A stretch of DNA of 64,000 nt from an uncultured Lachnospiraceae bacterium (GCA_947599905.1 CANQFR010000002.1:15193-79192), one strand, 5' to 3'; shown: positions 10,110 through 19,958, numbered from the stretch's first letter. Notes: generated by a model not told the origin, from the sequence alone. Numbers and translations: made by a program.

Positions 10110-11618
10110 TTATTCCCACACGACCGGCGTCGGCCGGTTCGATGAGAACACGTCCTCGGCCCGGAACAGGTCGTCCAGCTTGCGCTTGGAAGTTTCCCCG
10201 CCGGCGGCGATGTCCATCCACATCCGGTAGCCGTCGAGATTCCGGCGCCCCTGACGGAGATAATCGTTGCCCAGCTGCACCCAGTACTGGTTGGAGTCTA
10301 CATTGCAGAAGTAATCGAAGCCCAGGGACTTCATATACATAAAGCGCTGATTGTCGTGGTTATAGGCGTGCCAGTCGCTGACATCGGCGCCGAACGGATA
10401 GAGGATAATATCCGTGGGGCCAATCAGGGATTCTACCTCGCGCTCCCATTTGTCACAGTCCGTCTTGAATTTCTCATAGGAAATGGTTCCGAGATCCCGG
10501 TGCCCCCAGCTGTGGGACGCCAGCTCCCAGCCGTTGTCGCGCAGGCACTGGGCCACGGCAGAGGCGGCCTGACAGTCGGCGGCGAAATTCGGGTTGGTCT
10601 CCCGGTAGGATTCCGCCGTGCGGTAACCTAATATACCCTGGTAACCTGTGAAAGCGATAACCGCCCGCGCGCCTTTATAGGAAAAGTCCGGGTGCTGTTC
10701 GATGAAATCCTCGAGAAGCGGCACCATATCGTAGGAACCGACGGACACCGTCCCGTCGTCCATGATCATCTCGCAGGCAGGTTTGCCGTCGTCTCCGATC
10801 ACCATGCGGCTGGCAAAACCGTCGTCTTCCATATATTCATAATAGCAGACATCGTCCTGGGACATGACGCAGGCCTTCCGGCCCGGCGGCAGCATAATCT
10901 GTCCTTTGACCATCCTGCCGTCCTGCATCGTCGCGATATCGTGCAGGCGCACCAGTACATAGCCCTTCTCGTACATGGAATCCAGAATCTTAAGGAATTC
11001 ATCCTTCGTGGTCATGACCTGATTATAGCCGGATTCGTCGGCGTCTCCGTCAAATGCCTTCGCCTCGTCCATCACCAGTGAATGAAAAAAAACATGCGTA
11101 ATTTCGGTGATCTCCACCGGCTGCAGCGTCTCCCGCACATGCTCATACTCGGAAATCGCGCTGTTGATCTGCGGGTCGGTCGTTCCGCCTTCCCCCGCGC
11201 CATAGAATTCGGAGGTGGTCAGCAGGTCGATGGCGGCGTCGTAGTCATAACCGGCAGCCAGAAGCCAGGCCTGTTCCAGAAGGGCGTCGATGGAGGAATC
11301 GGGATCCGTTTCCGACTCGCTTTCAGCGGCGGCCTGTCCGTCTTCGCCGCTTTCGCTGTCTGGGCCGTCTGAACCGGCGCCGGTCGCGCCGTCCGGATTA
11401 TCCGGCGAATCGTCTCCGTCTTTTCCTTCCGGGTTCTCTGTCCTGTGGTTTTCGATTGTAAGTAAGATCTGTCCCGTGGCCTTGTAGGTGATGCCGCCGA
11501 GAATGCCAATGAGCAGCAGCCCGATCAGCAGATAGGGAGACTGTCTGATCAGCCGCTCCCTGTTCTTGCGTCTCAGCCGTTTTCTGCGAATTGAGTTAGT
11601 CTTGTTCCGATTGCTCAT
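10110..11618 (-). CDS. membrane-anchored polysaccharide deacetylase (NodB-like)
   Basis: basic N-terminus plus TM; SQDD, ASHSWGH, YPFG motifs. Confidence 0.82.
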   Translation of the reverse strand: MSNRNKTNSIRRKRLRRKNRERLIRQSPYLLIGLLLIGILGGITYKATGQILLTIENHRTENPEGKDGDDSPDNPDGATGAGSDGPDSESGEDGQAAAESESETDPDSSIDALLEQAWLLAAGYDYDAAIDLLTTSEFYGAGEGGTTDPQINSAISEYEHVRETLQPVEITEITHVFFHSLVMDEAKAFDGDADESGYNQVMTTKDEFLKILDSMYEKGYVLVRLHDIATMQDGRMVKGQIMLPPGRKACVMSQDDVCYYEYMEDDGFASRMVIGDDGKPACEMIMDDGTVSVGSYDMVPLLEDFIEQHPDFSYKGARAVIAFTGYQGILGYRTAESYRETNPNFAADCQAASAVAQCLRDNGWELASHSWGHRDLGTISYEKFKTDCDKWEREVESLIGPTDIILYPFGADVSDWHAYNHDNQRFMYMKSLGFDYFCNVDSNQYWVQLGNDYLRQGRRNLDGYRMWMDIAAGGETSKRKLDDLFRAEDVFSSNRPTPVVWE

Positions 11619-11650
11619 GATACCCCCACATCTTCTGTCTGGTTATTGAG

Positions 11651-11661
11651 ATTATACCATA
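11651..11661. repeat. left att core ATTATACCATA
   Basis: identical to 58449-58459; composition changes here. Confidence 0.75.
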
Positions 11662-11750
11662 AATAATACGGTTTTGCCACCCCTCAAAAATGCGATAAAT
11701 TCAAGAAAGTTCAAAATATAAAGGTATGCAAAACCTCCCGAAAATGTGCC

Positions 11751-11772
11751 AATTAGTAACAAATTAGTAACA
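11751..11772. repeat. putative integrase arm-type sites (tandem AATTAGTAACA)
   Basis: TAACAAATTAGTAACA (11757-11772) recurs at 58382-58397. Confidence 0.65.
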
Positions 11773-11775
11773 CGA

Positions 11776-12621
11776 TCAGGCCGCCGGAATCGTAAGAATC
11801 TGCCCGGCGTAGATCGTCGTTGAAGTGATCCCGGAAAGCTGCATGATCTCCCTGTACCGTGCGCCGTTCCCCAGGTGGGAAGCTGCGATTTTCCAAAGGG
11901 AATCACCCTTCTTCACGGTATAGGTGGAAGTGGTTTTTGCCGCTTCCTCTGCGGCCTTGTTGGTTCCGGGGATCATCAGGATAAGCCCGGCGTGGATCGT
12001 GGTGCTTGTCAGGCTGTTAAGGGCCATAAATTCCTTATACCGTGCGCCGTCGCCCAGGTATTTAGCGGCCAGCGCCCAAAGGCAATCACCCTTCTTAACC
12101 GTCACCGTTTCATAGCCGGAATCAGGGTAGGCCACGGAAGGAATATCAATCCCATAATCGGGATTGCCATATCCAAGAATATACTTGCTCCCAAGATCGT
12201 ATGTCCGTTCATGGACGGCATCAGAAGTATTTCCTTCGACCGTGTGCAGCGTGTTCCCGGAAACGCCCGTCACAATGCCCGTGTGGGTGCTGTCGTTTGG
12301 ATTATAACCACTAGAAAAGAAAACAACATCCGCCGCTTTCGGTGTGTACGTTCCGCCGTAAGCCTTCGCCTTGTGGAACCGGCCCTTATTCTTGAACCAG
12401 TTCATCCCAGCGTCACAATCTGCATAGTAACACACAACGGATTTTGCAATCCCGGCAACATACATCACCCACGTTACAAAGATAGCGCACCAGGCCACCG
12501 CCATATTGAAGCCCGCCCCGGTCAGTGCGTTATACACCTTGATATACTTATCGTCGCCGGTAGGCTCACACGTTCCGATTTCTGCCCGTGCAATGCTGAT
12601 AATTTTTTCGATAACGTTCAT
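11776..12621 (-). CDS. endolysin, CHAP domain plus two LysM
   Basis: AWCAIFV, HTGIV, VEGNT; two VKKGD.LW LysM repeats. Confidence 0.93.
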   Translation of the reverse strand: MNVIEKIISIARAEIGTCEPTGDDKYIKVYNALTGAGFNMAVAWCAIFVTWVMYVAGIAKSVVCYYADCDAGMNWFKNKGRFHKAKAYGGTYTPKAADVVFFSSGYNPNDSTHTGIVTGVSGNTLHTVEGNTSDAVHERTYDLGSKYILGYGNPDYGIDIPSVAYPDSGYETVTVKKGDCLWALAAKYLGDGARYKEFMALNSLTSTTIHAGLILMIPGTNKAAEEAAKTTSTYTVKKGDSLWKIAASHLGNGARYREIMQLSGITSTTIYAGQILTIPAA

Positions 12622-13046
12622 TATTTATCACCTTCGCTTTCCGCTTTATTTTTGAGTACCTCGATAGCCCTGGTTACAACTGCCGGAATGGGAATCCCCA
12701 TCAACCCGGCGTTCTCCACAATGGAAATCGTTTCATTGGCAATGAAGGCAATCACCACGGCATCCCGGATAAAGCTGGAACCCATTACCAAATCCAGGCG
12801 GCAAGCCACCAGCACGATCAGAAGGGTTACACCCTTACGGCAAAGCCCCTTCCACCCGGCACGGGATTCCAGTGATCCCGTTGGTGTCTTTTCCGAATTG
12901 TGGAACACCCCGGCCACGATCAAGCCGGTCACATAGTCCACACCCATGAAAATGATAAGTGTGGTGAGTGCGGCATCCCACCCGCCAAACAGGGAAGCGA
13001 AGCCGCCGCCGATTACGCCGATCAGAGTTAAAATTTTAGCTTTCAT
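12621..13046 (-). CDS. phage holin (holin_4 family)
   Basis: GGWD..L, DYVTG, NE.ISIVEN; next to the lysin. Confidence 0.92.
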   Translation of the reverse strand: MKAKILTLIGVIGGGFASLFGGWDAALTTLIIFMGVDYVTGLIVAGVFHNSEKTPTGSLESRAGWKGLCRKGVTLLIVLVACRLDLVMGSSFIRDAVVIAFIANETISIVENAGLMGIPIPAVVTRAIEVLKNKAESEGDK

Positions 13047-13144
13047 TTTTCTGCCCTTACCTTTCTTTGATTGATATGCAAAAACCCCTACACGGGCTTA
13101 TATAAGGCCCATATAAGGGGTTTGTGCGCTTGTCTGATATTCTG

Positions 13145-13576
13145 TTAAGACTGAACTTCCCAGCCGTACACGCCAGGCTCCCACACGTTGTTATCACAAG
13201 TAGAACGCCACTTCTGATCTTTGTGTTTCACCACGTCCCCGGTCTGGTATGCGTCATGTGCCCCAAGCGGCTGTGTCCAGATCGGCGTTCCGTCCCCGTC
13301 GAAGCCCACCTTACTGAAAAGGGAAGGGGCCTTGTCGGGTGTCCAGTCCGCTTGTGACGTGTGCGCCTGAACCACTTTCCAAAGCTGCGTTTCGTTATCC
13401 TGGTTCACACCGTATTTCACGATCTGATCCACGGTGTAAGCCTTACCGGCTGCCCAGGCCGGGAACAGATCGGCCACTTCCATGGCTTCACTGTCTGGAA
13501 GGTTTGCCCCCTGAATCTGCATCTGGATGAAGCGGTTCATCTGTGCCGCCACATATTCCATGTTATTCATTCCCAT
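13145..13576 (-). CDS. tail-region protein with CBM5/12-like carbohydrate-binding repeats
   Basis: WAAGKAYTVDQIV, AHTSQADWTP, AYQTGDVVKH..KWRS motifs. Confidence 0.75.
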   Translation of the reverse strand: MGMNNMEYVAAQMNRFIQMQIQGANLPDSEAMEVADLFPAWAAGKAYTVDQIVKYGVNQDNETQLWKVVQAHTSQADWTPDKAPSLFSKVGFDGDGTPIWTQPLGAHDAYQTGDVVKHKDQKWRSTCDNNVWEPGVYGWEVQS

Positions 13577-14936
13577 TCACCCCCGTAAGCATAATGTTCA
13601 AAATACCGTTCATCTGTTCATTCTGCGCCGACTGCGCAAGGATAAATTCATCCTTGCTATACTGGATCATTCCGTATTCGTACCCGGAAAATCCCGGCAT
13701 TTCGTCCGTGCCCGGTTCGTCCACCTTCTGAATATCGGTGTGTTTCCACACGCTGTATTCATCCACAACCAGCGGTTCCGGCTTCACGGTGCTTCTTACT
13801 TTCCCGTAGTCAACCATCTTCTTACCACCTTTCTTTTTATAGATAACCTCTATGTAATACCTATCTGCCGCTGCCTGAATCGGTAATACATACTTTTCTT
13901 GTAACCGGGCGCTGTCACAATGCTTTAGCCATCCCTTATACGAATTGATGGAACACCAATCGGAATAACTCATAAGCTGCCCGTTCTCAATCTTTGCAGC
14001 TATTTCAACCATCCTGTTCTTAAAGTTGATACAACTGCTTTTCCGCAAAAGGACATAATTCAAAAATATTCGATAGCCCACAAAATCAACGCCCCGCACA
14101 TAGGAAGGGAATACTTGCCAATTAGGCTTTATCATCAGCTTCAATTCCGTTCTGAAGTAAACGTCAATCTGCCGCCTTAACTGGTGAAGTTCTTCTTTGG
14201 TTCTACCGAAAATCAGAATATCGTCCATATAACGGAACTCGTACTTCACCCGCATTTCTTCCTTGATCCAGTGATCGAAGAAGGAAAGATAGAAATTTCC
14301 GCAATATTGGGAAAGGTAATTCCCTATTGGTATTCCGGTTTCAGAATCATAATCTTCATCCAGAAGCCAAATATCACGCATATTTTCAATTTTTGCGGTG
14401 GAAATGCTATCTATGATTTCATCCAGCAACCAAAGCAATTCAGGGTCTTTGAAAAGCCTTCTGAACTTCGCTTTCAAAATATCGTGGTTAATGGAAGGGT
14501 AAAATTTCCGAACGTCCAGCTTCAGGCAATATTGGCAGCCTGGAACATCCGTCTGCATGGCCTTCTGAACATCATGCAGCGCCGCATGGATCCCTTTATC
14601 TGGAATTGCTGAATAGGTGTTCTTTGTCAGGTGCTTCAGCAAATACGGTTCGATCACCTGTAAAATGGCCCATTGGCAAATCCGATCAGGGAAATACGGC
14701 AGCTTGAAAATCTCCCTTTCCTTCCCGTTCTCTTTCTTGATAAAAGACCGATATTCGGAAGTATGGTAAGTGTGGTTGATAAGCATATCCTGAAGCGCCT
14801 TCAGATACGTTTCCTGATCTGCGTCAACCGCTTTTACTTCCTCATACCACCCTTTTCCCTTCCGTGCGTTCTTGTGCGCTTTTCGTAGGTTATCCATTGA
14901 ACAAATTTCTTTGTATAGATTTCCTACTCGCTTCAT
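13563..14936 (-). CDS. DGR reverse transcriptase (~373 aa) fused in frame to an 84-aa C-terminal module
   Basis: KLDVRKFYPSI, GIPIGNYLSQ, YMDD, GVDFVGY; adjacent TR/VR pair. Confidence 0.95.
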   Translation of the reverse strand: MKRVGNLYKEICSMDNLRKAHKNARKGKGWYEEVKAVDADQETYLKALQDMLINHTYHTSEYRSFIKKENGKEREIFKLPYFPDRICQWAILQVIEPYLLKHLTKNTYSAIPDKGIHAALHDVQKAMQTDVPGCQYCLKLDVRKFYPSINHDILKAKFRRLFKDPELLWLLDEIIDSISTAKIENMRDIWLLDEDYDSETGIPIGNYLSQYCGNFYLSFFDHWIKEEMRVKYEFRYMDDILIFGRTKEELHQLRRQIDVYFRTELKLMIKPNWQVFPSYVRGVDFVGYRIFLNYVLLRKSSCINFKNRMVEIAAKIENGQLMSYSDWCSINSYKGWLKHCDSARLQEKYVLPIQAAADRYYIEVIYKKKGGKKMVDYGKVRSTVKPEPLVVDEYSVWKHTDIQKVDEPGTDEMPGFSGYEYGMIQYSKDEFILAQSAQNEQMNGILNIMLTGVNGNE

Positions 14937-15073
14937 GTGCCGGATTCCTTTTTGTATGCACTAACCCGAACTTTCGACATTGAAATTAACTTTTCAATCC
15001 TACTAATACAGGTTTTGGTATTTTTATGTTTTGCCTAGTGGCACGGATTCCGGGGAATACAGATTATCAGTTT

Positions 15074-15102
15074 CACCCGCCCCGCATACATCAGGGCGGG
15101 TG
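15074..15102 (-). other. GC-rich hairpin just 3' of TR (DGR RNA spacer structure)
   Basis: CACCCGCCC-11nt-GGGCGGGTG. Confidence 0.65.
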
Positions 15103-15109
15103 TTTCGTG

Positions 15110-15225
15110 CATTTACTAACTGCCTGCTGATATTCCGATTACGATTAGAGGAAGCATTATTGAAGTTAAGGTAGAAGCTGCTGCAATTAGTGCTGTTATT
15201 CCATTTACTGCCTAATTTAGTAACC
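15110..15225 (-). ncRNA. DGR template repeat (TR)
   Basis: 116-bp ungapped match to 15351-15466; all 29 mismatches are at TR adenines (sense strand). Confidence 0.96.
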
Positions 15226-15318
15226 TTTTTCATGGTCTGCTTCTCCGTTGCTATCGGCATAAACAACAAAACTTCCCCGAAAATCCTATTTCAAAATTAC
15301 TTCAAAACAAATCGAACA

Positions 15319-17139
15319 TTACGCCGCTGCCCCTGTATTTTGGGAAGGTACATACACCAACCGCCCGCCGACAGTCCGAGCACGATAAGAGGAAGCACTA
15401 TTGAAGCTAAGGCAGAAGCCGCCGCAACCAGCGCCGTAAGTCCATAGACCGCCCAATCCAGCAACCCGCCAGCCGGTATTCTGGTTCCAAAAATGATCTC
15501 CCACGGGAAGGGCATTGTTTCCACTTACTTCCGTAGGGATGAACAACCAATCAAATTTTTCGTTGTACCCAAACGCCGAAATATAGCCATAGGTGCAGAC
15601 AGGGCAAAGGCCGGTATCCTCGTAAGGCGCTGCGTCGGTGTTATCGGTAAATCCGTGATCTGCGACGTAAACCCTTCCATGCTTCGACGCATCCACGGCA
15701 TCAGGATTATGCACGTTGATCCCGTCAATCCATGTCCAAATATTACTCCAAAAATATTCTTCCCCACGGTAGGAAACAACCTGAACGCTGTTCTCATTCA
15801 GCTTCATGCCGGATTCATTGCCAAGGGAAACGCTGCCCCCGGTGTTCTCCGTCATGGAAGTCTTGCTGTCGTCAGTTTTGGAAGCGTTACCAACTCCAAT
15901 ATGCTTCTGCATATCAAAGGAAGCGTATTCGATCAGCATAAGAATCTGAGTGATTCCGACCGGCCCGGCGTAAGACTGTTCCCAGCCTTTACCTCTCTTT
16001 TCGGCCAGCTTCCGCACGTTCTCCCTTGTCAGAACAGAATTGAGGCCGGAAGCGGGCTTTGCTCCTGCGATACTTGCCAGTTTATCAGCGGCAACATCAG
16101 CGACTTCTGCATCATCCAGAATATAACCCTTCTCTGCGTCCTGAATGGAACCTTCAAAAGCTGCCAGGTAGATCAGTTCATTTTCCTTCCCGTCAGCCAT
16201 AAAGCCGGGATGAACCTTGAAGCCTGGTTTCGGCTGCGTGGTGACGTAATACCGGGCCTTTCTGATATGCCGCCCGTAGTTCTCGCCTTCCGTGATAACT
16301 TCCGTAAGCATGGGAACCACCTTATACCAAAATTCCGGCTGTTCAACCATAACCTGTACTTCCGTACCAATCGGGTACGTTCCGGCGAATCTCTGCCCTT
16401 CCGGGATCGTCACCTCCTGCGCAAGTTTTCCTACGGTGGTAAATGCAGCGTCCCCCTGGTAGGCTACAACCTCGCCTTTGTCTGTCACATTGCAGCGCCG
16501 CCTTCCGCCGAAACAATGAACATCATCAAAGCCTTTTCCGGCTGTTTTGTTCACGGCTCCGGCCAGCCTGGTAAACCGCTTGTTCACAAGATCGACTTCC
16601 ACGCCGTAAATGTCGGTATCCGTGTAGCCGATCATGGCCTGCAAATCGGAAATCTGTTCCTGCAATTCCTGAATATCTCCGATTGTCGCCACGGCCCCCG
16701 GATCGACGTTCAGGGAAACGCTTTCCGCATTTCCTACGGTAGTAATGATCTGCACATAGGCGGCGGATACGCTCACCCCATTATTGGGCGGCATATGGCA
16801 ATTCCCAGACGTTTCCACCGTCACGGCATACAGGATTTCCCCATCCTGCGGGTCTTTCGCATAAAGGCCCAACGTCCGCATATAGTACCCTTCCCGCAAA
16901 TCCGTATTCGTGAACGCCGCTTCCACCTTCACGGCAACGCCATTTGTGCGGGTGATTTTGGAAATGGTGCTTGTCTGCTTCACGTCAGTAAGGGTTTCCA
17001 GTTCTTCCAGGCCCCCCACGTCGTAGGTATGGGAAGAAGCGGAAACTTTCGTGAACTCCACGCTTTCCGATCCCGAAATCATTTTTGCAATCAACGCCTG
17101 TCCTTTTTTGGTGATAACCAGTTTTGAAAATTCAGCCAT
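15319..17139 (-). CDS. tail fibre/receptor-binding protein, DGR target (tail-collar N-terminus, CLec-like C-terminus)
   Basis: N-terminal IT.KG.AL.AK; C-terminal GG.W...GGRL containing the VR; follows the baseplate genes. Confidence 0.9.
   Translation of the reverse strand: MAEFSKLVITKKGQALIAKMISGSESVEFTKVSASSHTYDVGGLEELETLTDVKQTSTISKITRTNGVAVKVEAAFTNTDLREGYYMRTLGLYAKDPQDGEILYAVTVETSGNCHMPPNNGVSVSAAYVQIITTVGNAESVSLNVDPGAVATIGDIQELQEQISDLQAMIGYTDTDIYGVEVDLVNKRFTRLAGAVNKTAGKGFDDVHCFGGRRRCNVTDKGEVVAYQGDAAFTTVGKLAQEVTIPEGQRFAGTYPIGTEVQVMVEQPEFWYKVVPMLTEVITEGENYGRHIRKARYYVTTQPKPGFKVHPGFMADGKENELIYLAAFEGSIQDAEKGYILDDAEVADVAADKLASIAGAKPASGLNSVLTRENVRKLAEKRGKGWEQSYAGPVGITQILMLIEYASFDMQKHIGVGNASKTDDSKTSMTENTGGSVSLGNESGMKLNENSVQVVSYRGEEYFWSNIWTWIDGINVHNPDAVDASKHGRVYVADHGFTDNTDAAPYEDTGLCPVCTYGYISAFGYNEKFDWLFIPTEVSGNNALPVGDHFWNQNTGWRVAGLGGLWTYGAGCGGFCLSFNSASSYRARTVGGRLVYVPSQNTGAAA
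15351..15466 (-). repeat. DGR variable repeat (VR)
   Basis: 3' end of the tail-fibre gene; A-specific divergence from TR. Confidence 0.96.
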
Positions 17140-17153
17140 CTTCTTTTTCCTTT

Positions 17154-17951
17154 CTATTCGTCGTTTTTAATTTCAAAGAAATCAGCAACCACCACACCAG
17201 AAGCAAGTAAACCTTTTCCGTTTATGTTGAACTGTTCTTTGAAATCGTTTGAAATTGTCATACTTGCGGTATTTACAACACCGCCGCCGTGAACCGCCGT
17301 TCCTTCCGCTTTCATGGTTTCCCGGCTGTCATTGGTGATAAGATAACCGTCTGCGTTCACGATACCGCCGCCGATCTCCATGGTTCCGGCCACCGTATAG
17401 GTTTCCCGGCTATCGTTGGTGATCCTGGAAAACTCCACATAGCAGATACCACCGGCAACCAGCGCATCACCGGCAATGTCGCACGGGATTTTATTGGCCG
17501 CATGGAATACGATATTGGCCGGGAACATGGTTTCTATCAGGTGTTCCAGTTCTTCAACCTGTCCGTAAAGTTCAAGATCAACTTCTAGTTCCACCCGGTA
17601 TTCCTCTGTGAAATACTTCTCCACTGTGAAATTGTTTTCCCCACAAAGGGAAATCAGCCGTTCCAGGAATACCCGCCAAGTGTAAGGAATGGCGTTAAAC
17701 CAGCGGGCTTGTACCCGTGATCTTCTGCTTTCAAGCGTATCTTCAGCGGAAGGGTAGATATGAAGCAATTTTTCATAGCGGGAAATTCCGTATTCGTCAG
17801 CCGTTGAAATAAATTCATTCTTCAGCACCCGGTCAGCGGCGCTCCATACTAACCGAAATTCCGGGTTTTCCGCTTCCAGCGTCACGGAAATTTCTTTGAA
17901 ATCCGCCATAAACGGGGGAAGATATGATACAAGGTCAACTTCTCTTATCAT
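17154..17951 (-). CDS. baseplate protein (YmfQ/DUF2313-like)
   Basis: YLPPF, TADEYGISRYE, TLE.RR; ~28-aa C-terminal repeats. Confidence 0.8.
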   Translation of the reverse strand: MIREVDLVSYLPPFMADFKEISVTLEAENPEFRLVWSAADRVLKNEFISTADEYGISRYEKLLHIYPSAEDTLESRRSRVQARWFNAIPYTWRVFLERLISLCGENNFTVEKYFTEEYRVELEVDLELYGQVEELEHLIETMFPANIVFHAANKIPCDIAGDALVAGGICYVEFSRITNDSRETYTVAGTMEIGGGIVNADGYLITNDSRETMKAEGTAVHGGGVVNTASMTISNDFKEQFNINGKGLLASGVVVADFFEIKNDE

Positions 17952-19150
17952 GTGCTTGCACCCCCGAAAGTGGGAACATCATATTCCCCCAGCGTCAGGT
18001 TATCGCCGCTTCCGTTGATCCGGGTATTCGTAATGTCCACGATCCCGGTAATCGCAAGCAACCGGGTTTCGATCTGCGACACACGCACCACCAAATAGGG
18101 GCTGCTTGCCCACGTTTTCCGCAACTCCAAAAGGTACGCTTCGATTGCTTCATTGATCGAACTTTGAAGGTTCGTCCAGGCATACCCCACATCAAAGGTG
18201 ATCGTGGTTTTCACCGTGATCTTCACTTCATCCGCCCCGTGTACGCTCACCACATGGCCGATCGGGGCAACCCCGTACCCTTCCCCGGCGTTTTCTTCCG
18301 GGTCAATGGCCGTTTGTACGGTCTGGATCAGTTCTTCTGTTGGAATCCCATAATCCGAATTAAGGATCGTAAGAAGCACCGTCCCGCCAATGGTCAGCTT
18401 TTTATTCAGGGCGGCTTTATATACGGTTTCCAGCCAATTCTTCACGGCGGGGCTTGCCGTGCCTATGGTGGATTCATACCAGGCTTTCACCGCATCATCC
18501 GGGATCATGTCAGCCGGGCGAATGTCGTTATTCCAAACCCTTGTTACCTTCGTGGCCCCGACGCCCGGAATGGCGTTTGTCTTTTCCAGATAATCCGCCC
18601 GGTTCCCGCCGTAGGCCCGTTCGTCGAAGCTGTTGAAATAGCGGGTTCGCAAATCTTCCGTTTCTTCTTCATCCTCGCCTGGAATCAGAACTTCCGTCAG
18701 CGTGGCGGTTTCCAATCCTTCCACATATTCAATCGGGATCATCTGCCCCAGGTATTGGTTCCCGATTGTTCCAGGCGTTTCACACTGTACCCGGTATTCA
18801 TCATCTGCGATCTTTTCCAGAACCACATAATTCAGCGCCCCAATATTGAAGCGCTTCCCGATCACGTCCACCGTTGCCGGGGTAAATTTCCCCTTCAGGA
18901 TCGCATTGGTGGAAGGGTACGGGGAAAGCCCCCTTTCCTTTGCCCGCTCAATCAGAAATTCCCTGGAAGCGGTGTCCCCGTATGCTTCCCGTAGAATGGT
19001 ATCAAGTTCGATATACAGAATTTGAAATTCAATAGCCGTTGGGGAATGGGTGTCCCATATAACCGAACCTTCCCGCTTGTCGAACTTGTCCGGCACACGG
19101 TCAAGCATACGTTGAAGCACCACTTCATAGGTCACATTCTCATACATCAA
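17948..19150 (-). CDS. baseplate J/gp47 family protein
   Basis: DKREGS, GEDEEETEDLR, GGNRADY, APIGH. Confidence 0.9.
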   Translation of the reverse strand: MMYENVTYEVVLQRMLDRVPDKFDKREGSVIWDTHSPTAIEFQILYIELDTILREAYGDTASREFLIERAKERGLSPYPSTNAILKGKFTPATVDVIGKRFNIGALNYVVLEKIADDEYRVQCETPGTIGNQYLGQMIPIEYVEGLETATLTEVLIPGEDEEETEDLRTRYFNSFDERAYGGNRADYLEKTNAIPGVGATKVTRVWNNDIRPADMIPDDAVKAWYESTIGTASPAVKNWLETVYKAALNKKLTIGGTVLLTILNSDYGIPTEELIQTVQTAIDPEENAGEGYGVAPIGHVVSVHGADEVKITVKTTITFDVGYAWTNLQSSINEAIEAYLLELRKTWASSPYLVVRVSQIETRLLAITGIVDITNTRINGSGDNLTLGEYDVPTFGGAST

Positions 19151-19551
19151 TAGTTCACCTCTCTTTCCGCTTGCACATCCCCAAAAATGGTGTGTGCTAT
19201 AAAGGAAACATGAACCACGCCCTTCACCGAAAGATCAAATTCAAAATTGTCAACGCTCTGAATCCGTTTATCCCAGGTAAGGGCTTCCGTGATCCGGCGT
19301 TCCAGTTCCGGGCATACATACGAAACTGGTTCACCGTAAAGGTCAATCAGTTCAATCCCATAATTCCAGGAATACATGATATACTGGTAACGCTCTGTAA
19401 GAAGAATCTTATAGATCGCCTGTTTCATGGCTTCCAGATTGTCCGTATATCCCCGGATCAGATTATTGTCCAGGTTCATTTTGTAGGTACGGGTGGGCTG
19501 TTCCGTCAGTTCAAAATCCCGTTCAAGGAATCCTGTATTTGCCGGTATCAT
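19147..19551 (-). CDS. XkdS/DUF2634-like baseplate protein
   Basis: TERYQY..YSWNYG.E, ITEAL..D.RI. Confidence 0.85.
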   Translation of the reverse strand: MIPANTGFLERDFELTEQPTRTYKMNLDNNLIRGYTDNLEAMKQAIYKILLTERYQYIMYSWNYGIELIDLYGEPVSYVCPELERRITEALTWDKRIQSVDNFEFDLSVKGVVHVSFIAHTIFGDVQAEREVNY

Positions 19552-19958
19552 GTCCCGATCCTATCCAGCACAATATATTTTTGCCCGCCCTGTTGCCTTA
19601 AAAGGATCACTTCATCACCGACAACCAGCCCATTATGAACGGTGATTTCAATGGTTCCTATGGCGTGAACGTGGGAAGGGCTTACCGGGGCGGTGGGTGC
19701 GTCAGGCGGGGAACCGCCCGTATAGTAATAATTCTGCGTATTTCCCCCGGTGATTCTGGTTTTGTAGTCCGTCACATTCCGGGTAAGGATAAGCTGCGCT
19801 TTCCCCAGCGTCATTTTCTGTTCAACCAAAATCTGAATCGGGTTTGCAGCCGTCACCTTTCCGAAACAGACTTCAACCGGTTTTTCAGCCTTTACCGCAT
19901 CTGTGGCGGCTCTTTTTATCGTCTTTACCAATCCGACCGCATCAGGCAATAAATTCAC
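19548..19958 (-). CDS. XkdR/DUF2577-like protein
   Basis: GKVT..NP, L.VGDEVIL.RQQGGQKY.VLD. Confidence 0.85.
   Translation of the reverse strand: MNLLPDAVGLVKTIKRAATDAVKAEKPVEVCFGKVTAANPIQILVEQKMTLGKAQLILTRNVTDYKTRITGGNTQNYYYTGGSPPDAPTAPVSPSHVHAIGTIEITVHNGLVVGDEVILLRQQGGQKYIVLDRIGT

Noticed and set aside
11757-11772. 16-bp TAACAAATTAGTAACA repeat as the att core
   Set aside because: Tandem sub-repeats lie inside both ends, phage-like sequence (including the int terminator) continues beyond them, and a partial inverted copy is at 35431-35442; fits arm sites better, though not excluded without an empty-site genome
13563-14936. RT as group II intron, retron or Abi RT
   Set aside because: GNYLSQ motif and adjacent A-specific TR/VR identify a DGR RT; no maturase or endonuclease domain seen
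15024-15269. 81-aa ORF between target and RT as a possible Avd
   Set aside because: It is the translated TR (Asn/Ser-rich copy of the VR peptide), not a helical-bundle protein
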